Shown here in pieces: positions 19,299 to 29,805 of a stretch of DNA of 64,000 bases. The position numbers were made by a program, and so were the translations under genes. Numbering within the stretch: the stretch's first letter is position 1; each line of letters begins with the position of its first letter. This DNA is from Candidatus Sumerlaeales bacterium. GTDB lineage: Bacteria > Sumerlaeota > Sumerlaeia > Sumerlaeales > Sumerlaeaceae. The notes beneath the pieces were generated by a model, which did no database searches, was not told where the DNA came from, and saw nothing but the letters and a program-made list of their open reading frames with translations. The DNA lies in NCBI GenBank assembly GCA_038243585.1, contig JBBSQY010000010.1:19802-83801 (forward strand), in the 5' to 3' direction.

Positions 19299-19892
19299 CT
19301 ATTTACCAACATATCCGCCAGCACCTGTAACCATACCGCCTACGCCCTGGACGCCACCGCCTGCCAACGCAGCGCCCGGTTGTCCGGCATACGGATCAAC
19401 ACCGACCCCACCGCCAAAACCAACTCCCGGTGCGCCCGGGATAACCCCCTGAGGGGCCGCTGGCTGCTTGTTCGCAATCGAGTTTTTTAGCTGTAGTGAA
19501 ACCGCTGCCTGCCCTTTAACCTTCTCCTCATATGCTTCCGCAAGTTCTTCGAGCGTGTTCGGACCCGCAGGCGCTCCAGCGGGTGCAGAGGCTATTGGAT
19601 GCAACCTCGTAACCGCTACTGCCGGCACATAGCCAATCTCGCCGTTAAAAGCCAGCGTTACTATCTGACCATTCGATCCAAACGCTAAAAAGCGGCTATC
19701 CACCGGCAATGCACCAATAACCTGGTTTGTAGCCAGCGACTGCACTGCAATGGGTGAGCCAGGTGATTGCGCCATGGAAACCACCGTCTGCCATATCGGT
19801 TTACCATGTACAGGCACCGCCGCGAGCTCCTGGGCTACAGCAACAGAGGCCAATATTGAACAAACTGTAATACCGATAATTGCTTTTTTCAC
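19299..19892 (-). CDS. hypothetical secreted protein with possible SH3b-like domain and Gly/Pro-rich tail
   Basis: Signal peptide (..SVAVAQ), NGEIGYVP, low-complexity Gly-rich C-terminus; RBS-like GGAG upstream. Confidence 0.6.
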   Translation of the reverse strand: MKKAIIGITVCSILASVAVAQELAAVPVHGKPIWQTVVSMAQSPGSPIAVQSLATNQVIGALPVDSRFLAFGSNGQIVTLAFNGEIGYVPAVAVTRLHPIASAPAGAPAGPNTLEELAEAYEEKVKGQAAVSLQLKNSIANKQPAAPQGVIPGAPGVGFGGGVGVDPYAGQPGAALAGGGVQGVGGMVTGAGGYVGK

Positions 19893-19983
19893 GCCAGATA
19901 CTCCATGCTAAAAATCATAATATTACTACCATCAACCATCAAAGAAAACACAAAGCCAGAAAAAAGCAGTTATTAACTCCGGA

Positions 19984-21807
19984 CTAATTGGCGCTATACC
20001 GATAGTTAAACCGTCCTGCCGGAGCCACGTCCCCGTTCAGAAAAAAGTCCATAATCGTGTTTTCGTTCTGCATGTTATCCGACCACTTGAATTCAAAATT
20101 TATAGCGGTGCCGATCCCCAGCGCGCTCTGGGGAATTTCTAGTTCCATTTTGTTATCTTTCACGGAGAAAGCGACGCCGGTAACTTTCTCCCAACTCCAG
20201 CCTTCTTTAGACTTTTCTAAAATGGCGTCTTTATCCGGCGATTGGCGGTTCACTACATAATCATAGCCTTCCCAGCCGGTCTTTTTGTTCCTGTCTACGT
20301 CGATGAAAAGACGCATCCACGCTGGATCGCTGACGCACGTAATTGGACCGCTCGTTTCGATTAAAAAATACAGATTCTTAGCATCACGAGCCACCTTAGC
20401 TCGGGTAAAATCGTTACGCCCTGTATCGTTAGAATAGTATTTGCCCTGCCAGCCGGGGCTATCCCGGTGAAGCGTGCTTCCTATGTGAGCCTTGAACTCC
20501 GGCTCGACTGCGTCCCATTCTTCGAATATACCGTCTATTGCAATAGTGACCGGCTCAGATGCGGAGGCCGCGGGAGGCATCCCCTTGAAGCGCCGGATGT
20601 TACTGATCATCTGGTAATAATAATTATCGCCATGGCCGCCCTTCATTGGCTCGATGTCGCGACTATGCTCCTGACTGAACTGATCGGGAAATGCATTTTC
20701 CTGCCCATTCCACTCTTTGAACCGATTGGCTACCCACTCGTTCCATCCGGTGATAAAAATAAAATCCGGATTAATGTTCAGCGCACGGTCCCATTGCTCC
20801 TGAAAATTAAGGCCCAAGTTAACTGCATAAGGATCACCGGCATGGCCTCGGACATGGGTATAGCTCCTGCCAAAAGTAAGCGGAGCATTCATGGCAGTAA
20901 GACCACGTTCTTCCGACCAGTTTTGTCCAACACCCACGGGAACTTGCTCAAATCCACCGTCAGATTTCTGAAAAAACCCATGCTGGGGAAAGACCTGCAA
21001 CCAGCCCCAATGATCGGCCCGCTGCGGCCCGGTATCATAAAGCGGCTGACCGGGCCGGAATGTAAAGAATTCCCGGATTTCCCTGTGGACGGCAGAAGCA
21101 GCCTCATCACCGGGCACATCTACCAAGGTGTCGGGATAAGCCATTATGAGCGGTTTCCCCTGCCACTGAAACCAGAGGTCCCGGTAAAGGCCAGGCTTGT
21201 AAAGATCCTTATACAGCTCCACCATCGCCATCCGGCTACCATCCGTGCCACCAAAGGCGAGAAGAAAGGCTACTTGCGGTGTTTTGATTCCAGCCGTCCG
21301 TGCCTCCGTCCAGGCTTCGCACAGGGCCATGTAGGATTCTTTCCAAGTGAGGTGGCCATTTGTGCAGTCGAAAAAAACAACGTCCACGCCAGCATCTGCC
21401 AGCATTTCAGCGTGCTTACGCAACACCCAGCGGTCGCTGTTTCTGTAATAGCCAAAAAGCGGTTCATCCCAGAAAAAATAGCTATTGTTGAGCGGGCTGG
21501 GCTTCGGCCAGGCATAGTGGTAATAGTTGTCCGCTGCTTCTGGATTCTGTGTGAGTACTTCACGGATGTTGTGCGGCGGATTATTATGGAAGTTCATATG
21601 CCACGTCCAGTAAAATAACCCTACATACTTATCAGGTCTTACGTCGCCAACCTCCGCGTGAGTCGGCAGCTTTCTGCCAAGACCATCAGTGGCTGGCAAG
21701 GTAGCAGAATAATTAATCAGTTCCGGCCGGGCAGAAATCTGCGATATATTCGCAATACAACACACAATTAGAAGCCGGAAACAGACTGGTATAAAAGTAT
21801 TTTTCAT
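19984..21807 (-). CDS. secreted glycoside hydrolase-like protein (GH99/GH71-like barrel plus C-terminal beta-sandwich)
   Basis: VGLFYWTWH, WDEPLFGYY, HAEMLADAGVDV.FFDCTN, ITGWNEW, SRDIEPMKGG. Start placed at MKNTF (21807). Confidence 0.7.
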   Translation of the reverse strand: MKNTFIPVCFRLLIVCCIANISQISARPELINYSATLPATDGLGRKLPTHAEVGDVRPDKYVGLFYWTWHMNFHNNPPHNIREVLTQNPEAADNYYHYAWPKPSPLNNSYFFWDEPLFGYYRNSDRWVLRKHAEMLADAGVDVVFFDCTNGHLTWKESYMALCEAWTEARTAGIKTPQVAFLLAFGGTDGSRMAMVELYKDLYKPGLYRDLWFQWQGKPLIMAYPDTLVDVPGDEAASAVHREIREFFTFRPGQPLYDTGPQRADHWGWLQVFPQHGFFQKSDGGFEQVPVGVGQNWSEERGLTAMNAPLTFGRSYTHVRGHAGDPYAVNLGLNFQEQWDRALNINPDFIFITGWNEWVANRFKEWNGQENAFPDQFSQEHSRDIEPMKGGHGDNYYYQMISNIRRFKGMPPAASASEPVTIAIDGIFEEWDAVEPEFKAHIGSTLHRDSPGWQGKYYSNDTGRNDFTRAKVARDAKNLYFLIETSGPITCVSDPAWMRLFIDVDRNKKTGWEGYDYVVNRQSPDKDAILEKSKEGWSWEKVTGVAFSVKDNKMELEIPQSALGIGTAINFEFKWSDNMQNENTIMDFFLNGDVAPAGRFNYRYSAN

Positions 21808-22166
21808 AGAGTTAATGGGACTTCCGGAAAATTTATCGGTTAATAGTTTAACCAGCCATGGAGCTAACGAAACACCCAGCCGTATATGCGCGCATGGCCC
21901 GTTGTTCAACGAGCACACTTAACTGCTACTCATGAATATGATAGTTTATCTGCGATGGTGTGGCAGAACACCCTTTTAGATTTTCACAGGAACATAATTG
22001 ACAAATATCGGACAAACTCCTTGCAAATCCGTTTTTAAACTCGCTCCGCTATGTTCTGTGTGAGGCATATTCGTCCTCCAAGATTAAGGCAGTTTACAAC
22101 GCTTACGAACACTTGTGATTTCACCAATTTTTAGACGCAGCTATTGCGCTTTAAGGGGTCGTGTAA

Positions 22167-23504
22167 ATGAGTCATGATAACCAAAGTGGTAAATTTTCTC
22201 GCCGAACTTTTCTAATGGGCGCCTTGGCTTCGGCTACAATGCCTGCCATTTTTTCCACGAGATATGCCCGAGCGAACGCCGGCCCAAATGATACGATCCT
22301 GCTTGGATTCATCGGCGTCGGACGACAAGGCCGCCACGATATGAAGGAATGCATTCATCAGGGTATGGACGCCAATGTGCGTGTCGTGGCCGTGTGTGAT
22401 ATTGATTCCAAGCGAGTAACGTTGGCAAAGGAACTGGCAGAAAAAATATATAAGGAAGCCGGCGACAAAGTTACCGGTTATCCCGGCTGCACCGGATACA
22501 GCGACTTTAGAGAACTGATCAAACGGGAAGATCTGGACGGGGTCGTGATTGTGACTCCGGATCACTGGCATGCAATACCAGCCCATGCGGCATTAAAAGC
22601 CGGCAAAGACGTTTACCTTGAAAAACCAATGACCTACACTATTCCGGAAGGTCAGGCGCTGGTTAAAGCGGTTCGGGATAACAAGCGCATTCTGCAGGTG
22701 GGATCGCAACAGCGATCGTCTATCTATTTCCGAAAGGCGTGTGAACTGGTGCGCAACGGCCATGTTGGCCCTTTGCATACCATACGTGTCGCGCTGCCAG
22801 CGGACCACGGCACAGGGAACGCGGAAGAGGTGCCTGTTCCCACAAATTTAAATTATAATATGTGGATGGGGCCAACGGAAAAAGTTCCTTACGCGGTGGA
22901 CAGAGCGCACCCGCAGGATGGCTTTGGGAGACCGGGCTGGTTACAGAATGAGCGCTACTGCAAGGGTATGATTACCGGTTGGGGGGCTCACATGAATGAT
23001 ATTGCCCAGTGGGGCAATGGAACGGACGATTCTGGCCTGGTAGAGATTGAAGCGACTGCCGAGTTTCCAAAGCGCGGACTCTTCGACGTACATACGAAAT
23101 TTAAGGCGGAAGGCAAGTTTTCAAACGGAGTCAAACTCTTCCAGGAGACCGGCGAGGCGGGCGTCCGGTTTGAAGGCGATGACGGCTGGGTATTCGTATC
23201 GCGAGAAAAATTACAAGCGTCGGATCCGGCATTACTAAAGATAAAAACCGCTCCAGATGGTGTGCTGCTTTATGAGAGCAGCAATCACATGAAGAACTTT
23301 TTCGATTGTATGCGCAGCCGGAAAGATCCTGTTGCGCCTGTAGAGGTGGGCCATCGGTCCAACTCTATTTGCCTTATCACCCATATCGCAATGAAGGCCG
23401 GGCGAAAACTTACCTGGGATCCCAAAACTCAAAAGTTTACGAACGACGAGCAGGCGAACGCCATGCTTGATTACCCTCACCGCGAGCCATGGGCAACATT
23501 ATGA
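22167..23504 (+). CDS. Gfo/Idh/MocA family oxidoreductase, Tat-exported
   Basis: SRRTFL Tat motif, GFIGVGRQG, TPDHWH, KDVYLEKP, QVGSQQRS, WGAHMND. Confidence 0.92.
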   Translation: MSHDNQSGKFSRRTFLMGALASATMPAIFSTRYARANAGPNDTILLGFIGVGRQGRHDMKECIHQGMDANVRVVAVCDIDSKRVTLAKELAEKIYKEAGDKVTGYPGCTGYSDFRELIKREDLDGVVIVTPDHWHAIPAHAALKAGKDVYLEKPMTYTIPEGQALVKAVRDNKRILQVGSQQRSSIYFRKACELVRNGHVGPLHTIRVALPADHGTGNAEEVPVPTNLNYNMWMGPTEKVPYAVDRAHPQDGFGRPGWLQNERYCKGMITGWGAHMNDIAQWGNGTDDSGLVEIEATAEFPKRGLFDVHTKFKAEGKFSNGVKLFQETGEAGVRFEGDDGWVFVSREKLQASDPALLKIKTAPDGVLLYESSNHMKNFFDCMRSRKDPVAPVEVGHRSNSICLITHIAMKAGRKLTWDPKTQKFTNDEQANAMLDYPHREPWATL

Positions 23505-24487
23505 GGCATTTACTGGCTACTGCCTGCTGTCTGATGTTATCGGCTTCTGTCGGAGCAGAGACAGCAGGCACTTCCAGTACCTTTACTCTGAAAGCCGATG
23601 ATGCAACAGGCCAGCTAAACGCCGCTTTGGATGATTCCAGTATCTTTCTCTATAACTACGGTGAAGAGTGGAATCTGCCGCACTTCTATCCTTTTAATAC
23701 TCCCTCTGGAAAAAACTTACTCGTCCAGATTACCGAACCGTATCCCCACCACCGGGCATTCTGGGTATCGGATACAGTTATGCGGGACGGGGTTAAGGGA
23801 GACATTTATAACGGGTATTACAGCGGAGTTAAAACCGGAAAAAAGACGTTCGGTCCGCCGTTTAACACCGCGGTCCGGCACATGAGCTTCGACCTGACAA
23901 CAAGTACACCTGGCATGGCTGCAATTAAAGAGCATCTTGTGTGGGAGACCCAGCGGACGACCTCCACTTATCCCCTGCTCGATGAGCACAGGGATATTAA
24001 GCTTGTTGCTCTTGCGGGTGGAGATTACCTTGTGGATTTTTCTTTCCGGCTGGAGGCGAAATATGGAGACGTCAAGTTTATCAGCGATCCCGTGCATTAC
24101 TCCTGGCCGTACCTTCGGTTGAACTCAACCTTTAGTGGCACGGACGGCGGTGTGATTACGACTGACAGCGGGGCAACCGGCCAGGAGGCAACAAACCTGA
24201 AGCCGGCCCTTTGGATTGATTATTCGAACACGGTAGACGGCGAGACAGAAGGCGTTGCGATGTTTCAATGGCCTTACAAAGTCGACGAACCCCGCAAATG
24301 GTTGACCCGAGACTACGGGACATTTGGCCCCCGTCGCCCGGATAGCCAAAGTGGCAAGCCTTTCACCCTGAAACACGGTGACTCCCTTGCGCAACGGGTT
24401 GGTGTATTTGTACACCGTGGTGACGTTAAAACCGGAAATATTGGCGAGGTCTACCAGCAGTTTGTCGACGAGAAGCTCAGCCGATGA
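23501..24487 (+). CDS. DUF6807 ('PmoA-like' labelled) secreted beta-sandwich protein
   Basis: Signal peptide, PHFYP..TPSG, YPHHRAFW, WIDYS, W.TRDYG; ATGA overlap with the upstream gene. Confidence 0.7.
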   Translation: MRHLLATACCLMLSASVGAETAGTSSTFTLKADDATGQLNAALDDSSIFLYNYGEEWNLPHFYPFNTPSGKNLLVQITEPYPHHRAFWVSDTVMRDGVKGDIYNGYYSGVKTGKKTFGPPFNTAVRHMSFDLTTSTPGMAAIKEHLVWETQRTTSTYPLLDEHRDIKLVALAGGDYLVDFSFRLEAKYGDVKFISDPVHYSWPYLRLNSTFSGTDGGVITTDSGATGQEATNLKPALWIDYSNTVDGETEGVAMFQWPYKVDEPRKWLTRDYGTFGPRRPDSQSGKPFTLKHGDSLAQRVGVFVHRGDVKTGNIGEVYQQFVDEKLSR

Positions 24488-25710
24488 ACCGTAGACAATT
24501 TCTTCAAACTGCTTCAGCTATCGCGTTGGCTGCCGGCCTGCCACGCTCTGCCGGCGCGGCTGAGGCTTCCGGCGTTAAAATCAGCCGCGTAGACCTGTTT
24601 CCAGTAAGGTATCCGATGGTTGGATATTTTAAATTCTTCAGCGGCGCCAAGGGGGCAGGTGGGCGTGCGGCCGTAATTATAAAGATAACTGCAGACGACG
24701 GCAAAGTCGGCTGGGGCCAGTCAGTTCCAATACCACGCTGGAGTTATGAGACTCTTGAAACCGCAACTATCGTCTTACGGGATTACTTTGTGCCGGAGCT
24801 GATAGGGCGGGACCCAGCGGATATTGAAGGCGCGCTTTCGGCCCTGGACAAGGTCGTTGCTCCAAGCTTCACCACCGGAATGCCGATCACCCGCGCAGGA
24901 GTTGATATTGCGCTTCACGACCTGCTGGGCAAAATACACGGGAAAAATGTGAGCGAGTTGTGGGGGAAGGCCGCCGGGAGTTCCCTGACTCTTAGCTGGA
25001 CCGTCAACGTCACAAAAATTGAAGATGTTGATAAGGTAATGGGCGAAGGTCGCAGCCGTGGCTATCAGCATTTCAACATCAAGGTTGCTCCAGACCCCGC
25101 TTTTGATATTGAATTGGCAAAAGCTGTCCGCCGGCTGGCTCCGGACGCTTTTCTATGGGCGGACGCCAACTGCGGCTATGAGCCGGAAGCTGCCTTGGAA
25201 CTTGCGCCCAAACTGGCGGATGCTGGTGTCGATATCTTCGAGGCTCCAATCCGCCCCAACCGTATTTCCGGCTACCAGGCTCTCAGGAAGCAGGGCGCGC
25301 TGCCGATTCTGATGGATGAAGGCGTTGTCTCGCCCGTGGAACTTGAGGAATTTATCAAGCTTGGTATGCTTGATGGAATGGCCATGAAGCCAGCTCGTTG
25401 TGGCGGTCTGCTTTCCAACAAACGCCAGATTGAATTGTGCGAGCACCACAACCTGATGTGGGTTGGCAGTGGCCTTACAGATCCGGATATTTCCTTTGCG
25501 GCGTTGCTGGCCTTGTACGGTGCCTATGGATTGAAAAAGCCGGCAGCGCTGAACGGTCCGCAGTTCCTCACTGCTGACGTGTTGAAGAAACCGATCAAAG
25601 TGGAAAACGGCGTTGTTCATATTCCTCAAGGGCCGGGGCTGGGAATTGAAGTGGATGAGGACAAGGTCATTGATCTGATGAAAAGCAGTGGCGGGGATAA
25701 GCTTTTATGA
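24484..25710 (+). CDS. mandelate racemase / muconate lactonizing enzyme family protein, Tat-exported
   Basis: NRRQFL Tat motif, GWGQ, DIALHDL.GK, DAN, FEAP, MDEG, KPARCGG, PGLGIEVD. Confidence 0.88.
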   Translation: MNRRQFLQTASAIALAAGLPRSAGAAEASGVKISRVDLFPVRYPMVGYFKFFSGAKGAGGRAAVIIKITADDGKVGWGQSVPIPRWSYETLETATIVLRDYFVPELIGRDPADIEGALSALDKVVAPSFTTGMPITRAGVDIALHDLLGKIHGKNVSELWGKAAGSSLTLSWTVNVTKIEDVDKVMGEGRSRGYQHFNIKVAPDPAFDIELAKAVRRLAPDAFLWADANCGYEPEAALELAPKLADAGVDIFEAPIRPNRISGYQALRKQGALPILMDEGVVSPVELEEFIKLGMLDGMAMKPARCGGLLSNKRQIELCEHHNLMWVGSGLTDPDISFAALLALYGAYGLKKPAALNGPQFLTADVLKKPIKVENGVVHIPQGPGLGIEVDEDKVIDLMKSSGGDKLL

Positions 25711-26630
25711 TTTTCAAAGTTTTGCTTTCATTCGGGGTGCTTCTTTTGGCATGTCCGTTAAATGCGATAGAGTTTGTAGAAGACCCGGCAACAACCGGTG
25801 TCGTGACTGTGCGTGATGGAATGACCAACGTGCTCAGTTATAACTTTGGTGATCAGCTAATGGCGGGCGTTGATCCAAAATACACCCGTTCTTCCTACAT
25901 CCATCCCCTCTACTCCCTGGATGGCGAGCCACTTACGGACGACTTTCCTGCCGACCACCACCACCACCACGGAATTTTCTGGGCCTGGCCCGTAGTTAAG
26001 GCGCGGGGAGAAAAAACGCAAAACTGGCATCCGCACGTCCCGTCACTACGCCACCACATGGTTCGTTGGACCAAAGAGACTTCGGGTACTGCTACTGCTA
26101 TACTTGCTATTGAAAACCGCTGGCTGCTCAACGAGAAGGAAGAAGTGGCGCAGGAAAAGGTTACCCTGCTGATACATCCTAAAGAAAACGACAGCCGCGC
26201 CATTGACGTGGTGATCAAGCTCGAGGCAGTGGGTGGTCCTTTGACCCTGGAAGGCACGTCTGAGGGGAACAAAGGCTACGGCGGCTTTTGCTTTCGGGGC
26301 GCACCGGATTTTAAAGGTGCGAAAATATTGACCGACACTGGAACCCAGGAAAAGGACGTTGTGGACGAGTCTCAGAAATGGGTGGATCTTTCAACCGACA
26401 AACACGGCATGGCAATTTTTTCTTCTCCCGACCACCCGGACTATCCACCTAAATGGATGGCCCGCAACAGCTACGCCGGCTTTATGAACGTTTCCTGGCC
26501 CGGCCTGTCCACCAGAGTCCTGGAGCCCGGCAAGCCGGTCACACTTCGTTACCGGCTATATGTCCACTCAGGGCCGGCCGAGCCTGCCGCACTTCAGCAG
26601 GCTTACGAAAACTATGCTGCAATGCAGTAA
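25707..26630 (+). CDS. second DUF6807 ('PmoA-like' labelled) secreted protein
   Basis: Signal peptide, YIHPLYSLDG, DHHHHHGIFWAW, GYGGFCFRG, LRYRLYVH; ATGA overlap. Confidence 0.72.
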   Translation: MIFKVLLSFGVLLLACPLNAIEFVEDPATTGVVTVRDGMTNVLSYNFGDQLMAGVDPKYTRSSYIHPLYSLDGEPLTDDFPADHHHHHGIFWAWPVVKARGEKTQNWHPHVPSLRHHMVRWTKETSGTATAILAIENRWLLNEKEEVAQEKVTLLIHPKENDSRAIDVVIKLEAVGGPLTLEGTSEGNKGYGGFCFRGAPDFKGAKILTDTGTQEKDVVDESQKWVDLSTDKHGMAIFSSPDHPDYPPKWMARNSYAGFMNVSWPGLSTRVLEPGKPVTLRYRLYVHSGPAEPAALQQAYENYAAMQ

Positions 26631-26695
26631 CTGCCCAACCCGGCAATAAAAACGAAAAGTAGGCGTCCGCACGTCATACGCCCTCAGAATCCAGT

Positions 26696-28189
26696 CTAAG
26701 AAGCCGCAACCTTAAGCTTCTCTTTCTGCTCTTTTTTGACAGTCTTTACCTGCTCAGCCTCGGGACGATTTTTGTAATAGTCGTCCAGCGGGAAGCAGCC
26801 GGAAATAATCCCATTACGCGGCGCCGTGGTGCAGTCGGAGAAAGTGCGGCAGATCAGCCTTGTCTGAAGCTCGCCCTTTTCCAGCGAATCTGCAACGATC
26901 CGGGGGTAAGAAAGTACCATCCGACCAATACCGACCATATCCGTCCAGCCTTCCCGCACCAGCGCCTGCGCAGTCTGGGGAAGGAATTCCTGCAGATACG
27001 TTAGACCGGTACTGACGACCGGCAGATCAGGAACTGCAGCTTTCAGTTTTTGAACAACCTGAATTTGCCGATCAACATTGATCAGCGGATCTTCCGCCGG
27101 CTGGTATCCATCAGACGGCGGATAAATGGCCGGCCTCTGGATATGTGGCACATAATAAGGTGATCCGCAGGTGACATTCAGAACCGCAACTCCCCAGGAC
27201 TTCAACATTTTCATGTATTCGATTGGTTCTGAAAGATCATACTCGACAGGGTTATCCTTATTAACGCCAAAGCCAAATCGATACGGCAAGGCGTCAGAGT
27301 AATCTTCTGGAATACCCGGTCCGAGGTTCCCGCCTACTGCGCGAGTGGAGTCCGGTTTAAAGGGAACAAAATCAAAAGCGGAAAGCCGGACGCCTATTAT
27401 CAACCGCGGCGCTACCTGACGGATGCCCTCAATGATTTCACGGGCAACCGTACTACGTTCCTCCAGCGTCTCCCCCCCGTACCGGCCGGGGCGGGTATAA
27501 GCGGAAAGGAATTCGTGGAGCAGATATCCGTGACATTGTTTCACGTCCACAAACGGCACGCCCGCCCGATCCGCGATTTCCGCTGCGAGAACATAATCCT
27601 CAATTAGCGCCTTCACATGGTCATCCGTCATAATAGGATGATCCGCCGACAGGCCAAACTTGCGGTTGAGAATCGGATGCGAATAAGCTATCTGCGGTTC
27701 CAGCTTTTTTTTATCATTTGGTCGGCAGAACCTTCCGGAATGGGTCAGCTGAAACCCCCACAGCAGGTCATCAGCCGTACCGAAATCTTCCCTGTGGGCC
27801 TCCAGAGCGCCTTCGGCTGCTTCCATGATAGGACCAATTGTGTTGTCGTTAATAATCAGCTGATTAGGGTTGGCGCGTCCGTCGGGGCGAACAGCTACAG
27901 CCTCCATACCCCAAAGCAACTTAGCGCCTGAACGCCCAAATCTGTCCCAGCGGCGACGCAATGTATCCGTCGGATGCCCGTCGGTTGTCGCATCCCATCC
28001 CTCCATGGGATGGATGCAATACCGGTTACCAACTTTAAAGCCGCCGATATTTATCGGGTTCGCAAGCGGCGACGAATCTCCCGTTGAAATAGCATCATCT
28101 ATTGGAAATTGAATCCCCAATTCCGTCATACGTTCGCGCAATGCTTCAGCGGATTTAATACCTGTAAGTCGTTTTATATCGAGAGTCAT
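26696..28189 (-). CDS. NADH:flavin oxidoreductase (Old Yellow Enzyme family)
   Basis: NRYCIHPMEGWD, EAVAV, QLTHSGR, CHGYLLHEFLS, YGG..EER, C-terminal CRTFSDC. Start probably MTLDI (28189). Confidence 0.85.
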   Translation of the reverse strand: MTLDIKRLTGIKSAEALRERMTELGIQFPIDDAISTGDSSPLANPINIGGFKVGNRYCIHPMEGWDATTDGHPTDTLRRRWDRFGRSGAKLLWGMEAVAVRPDGRANPNQLIINDNTIGPIMEAAEGALEAHREDFGTADDLLWGFQLTHSGRFCRPNDKKKLEPQIAYSHPILNRKFGLSADHPIMTDDHVKALIEDYVLAAEIADRAGVPFVDVKQCHGYLLHEFLSAYTRPGRYGGETLEERSTVAREIIEGIRQVAPRLIIGVRLSAFDFVPFKPDSTRAVGGNLGPGIPEDYSDALPYRFGFGVNKDNPVEYDLSEPIEYMKMLKSWGVAVLNVTCGSPYYVPHIQRPAIYPPSDGYQPAEDPLINVDRQIQVVQKLKAAVPDLPVVSTGLTYLQEFLPQTAQALVREGWTDMVGIGRMVLSYPRIVADSLEKGELQTRLICRTFSDCTTAPRNGIISGCFPLDDYYKNRPEAEQVKTVKKEQKEKLKVAAS

Positions 28190-28307
28190 TATGTTAAGAA
28201 GCCTTGACACGCGATTTCAAAAAATCCAATAAAAAACGTATCTGTTCAACAGGAGATCATCTATCCAGCCAAGCACTGATAAGCTAAAGCATACGACCCA
28301 ATCGACC

Positions 28308-29717
28308 ATGGTCGGATCGTCCGTCAAAGTGGTGGAAGTCCAATCGTATATGCGTCAAATGCGCAGCCGCATGCCCTTTCGCTTTGGCACGACCGTTATG
28401 ACCGGAATGCCGGTACTTCACCTTCGCGTTTTAATGACAGACGAAATGGGCAGGTCATTTGAAGGCTGGTCAGCCTGCGGCGTCGTCTCCATGTGGTTTG
28501 ACAAAGACTACTCGAAACCGGAATCGCAGCGAGAAGCCGACCTCCTCTACAGTGTAGGCAAAGCCATAGACGGTTATCTTCAAGCCGGAAGCGGCTCAGC
28601 CTGGCATTTACATCAAACGGTTGAGCCGGAAGTGCGCCGGCACCTGACAACGCATGGACTTAATGCATTAGCGGCTGGCTACGGCATAGCACTTGTAGAT
28701 TCCGCTATTATTGATGGTGTATGTCGAAACTCGGGCGCGTCCTTTTACCAGGGACTAAAACACGGAATCCTGGGATTTGATCCAGCAATAGCTGACGCAC
28801 TCCCCCGGCAGCCGACGCCCTCCATAGCCCTTCGTCACACGATCGGCCTTGGCGATCCTCTCGTTGCCGGTGATGTTTCAGAATCCCTGACCGACGGCCT
28901 TCCGCAAACTCTTGAGCAGGTTATTGACAGTTATGGCGCTAAGTTTTTTAAGATCAAAATTAATAGCGACATCGAAGCATCCCTGGACCGACTCAGGCGT
29001 ATAACCTCTGTCTTAAATAGTCGATCCGTAGAATACAGGGCGACCCTTGATGGCAACGAGGCCTTTCCCGATATGGAAAGTTTCCTGGAATTTGTTTCAG
29101 CTTGTGCGAGCACGTCTGATTTACGACCGCTTTGGGAGCGCGTCCTCTGGATAGAGCAACCAGTAGCCCGACACAGCGCACTGGATGACTCAGTTCTTCC
29201 CTCCCTGAGACAGATTTCGGCGATGAAACCCGTAATTATTGACGAATCTGACGATGATGATTCCGTCTTAGGCCGTGCACTGACTTTAGGCTACCGCGGC
29301 ATCTCCGCTAAAAACTGCAAAGGTATTTTCCGCACCCTTCAAAGTTTTCTCACGATTCAGAATGCGCCCGCCGACGCTAATCTTATCCTGTCGAGTGAAG
29401 ACCTCACGAATCAGCCAATTCTCCCCAATCATCAGGATCTGTGCGTAGCGGCGGCCCTCGGAATATCCCATTCAGAAAGAAATGGACACCACTTCTTCCG
29501 CGGGTTTGAATTCCTGTCGGCAACCGAGCGCGAGCAGGCGTTACAAGAATATCCATCGCTTTACGAATCCACGGCCACCGGGATTCCGTCTTTGCGCTTT
29601 TTAAACGGTGATATGTCAATGCATGAAATTAACTCGAGTGTAGGATTGGGCGTTGTTTCCCCGCCGAACTGGCAGGCAATGGAACCCATTGCATTACCTG
29701 GCCGCCTGCTGCCGTAG
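28308..29717 (+). CDS. enolase-superfamily (mandelate racemase-like) protein
   Basis: RMPFRFG, FFKIK, LDGNE, IEQP, IIDESD, SAKNCKG, ERNGHH. Confidence 0.75.
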   Translation: MVGSSVKVVEVQSYMRQMRSRMPFRFGTTVMTGMPVLHLRVLMTDEMGRSFEGWSACGVVSMWFDKDYSKPESQREADLLYSVGKAIDGYLQAGSGSAWHLHQTVEPEVRRHLTTHGLNALAAGYGIALVDSAIIDGVCRNSGASFYQGLKHGILGFDPAIADALPRQPTPSIALRHTIGLGDPLVAGDVSESLTDGLPQTLEQVIDSYGAKFFKIKINSDIEASLDRLRRITSVLNSRSVEYRATLDGNEAFPDMESFLEFVSACASTSDLRPLWERVLWIEQPVARHSALDDSVLPSLRQISAMKPVIIDESDDDDSVLGRALTLGYRGISAKNCKGIFRTLQSFLTIQNAPADANLILSSEDLTNQPILPNHQDLCVAAALGISHSERNGHHFFRGFEFLSATEREQALQEYPSLYESTATGIPSLRFLNGDMSMHEINSSVGLGVVSPPNWQAMEPIALPGRLLP

Positions 29718-29805
29718 GTAGAACTCTTAAAAGAAGGCTGTTTCTAAGGATCGGTTTAAATTATAGCAGCGCAAGCACCAGATTTACAATAAGACAGGCA
29801 TATCC

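Noticed and set aside
20467..21618. 383-aa plus-strand ORF
   Set aside because: Antisense shadow of the GH99/71-like gene
23501..26630. Methane monooxygenase reading of the two 'PmoA-like' proteins
   Set aside because: They look soluble, secreted and beta-rich, there is no pmoB/pmoC, and the context is carbohydrate metabolism
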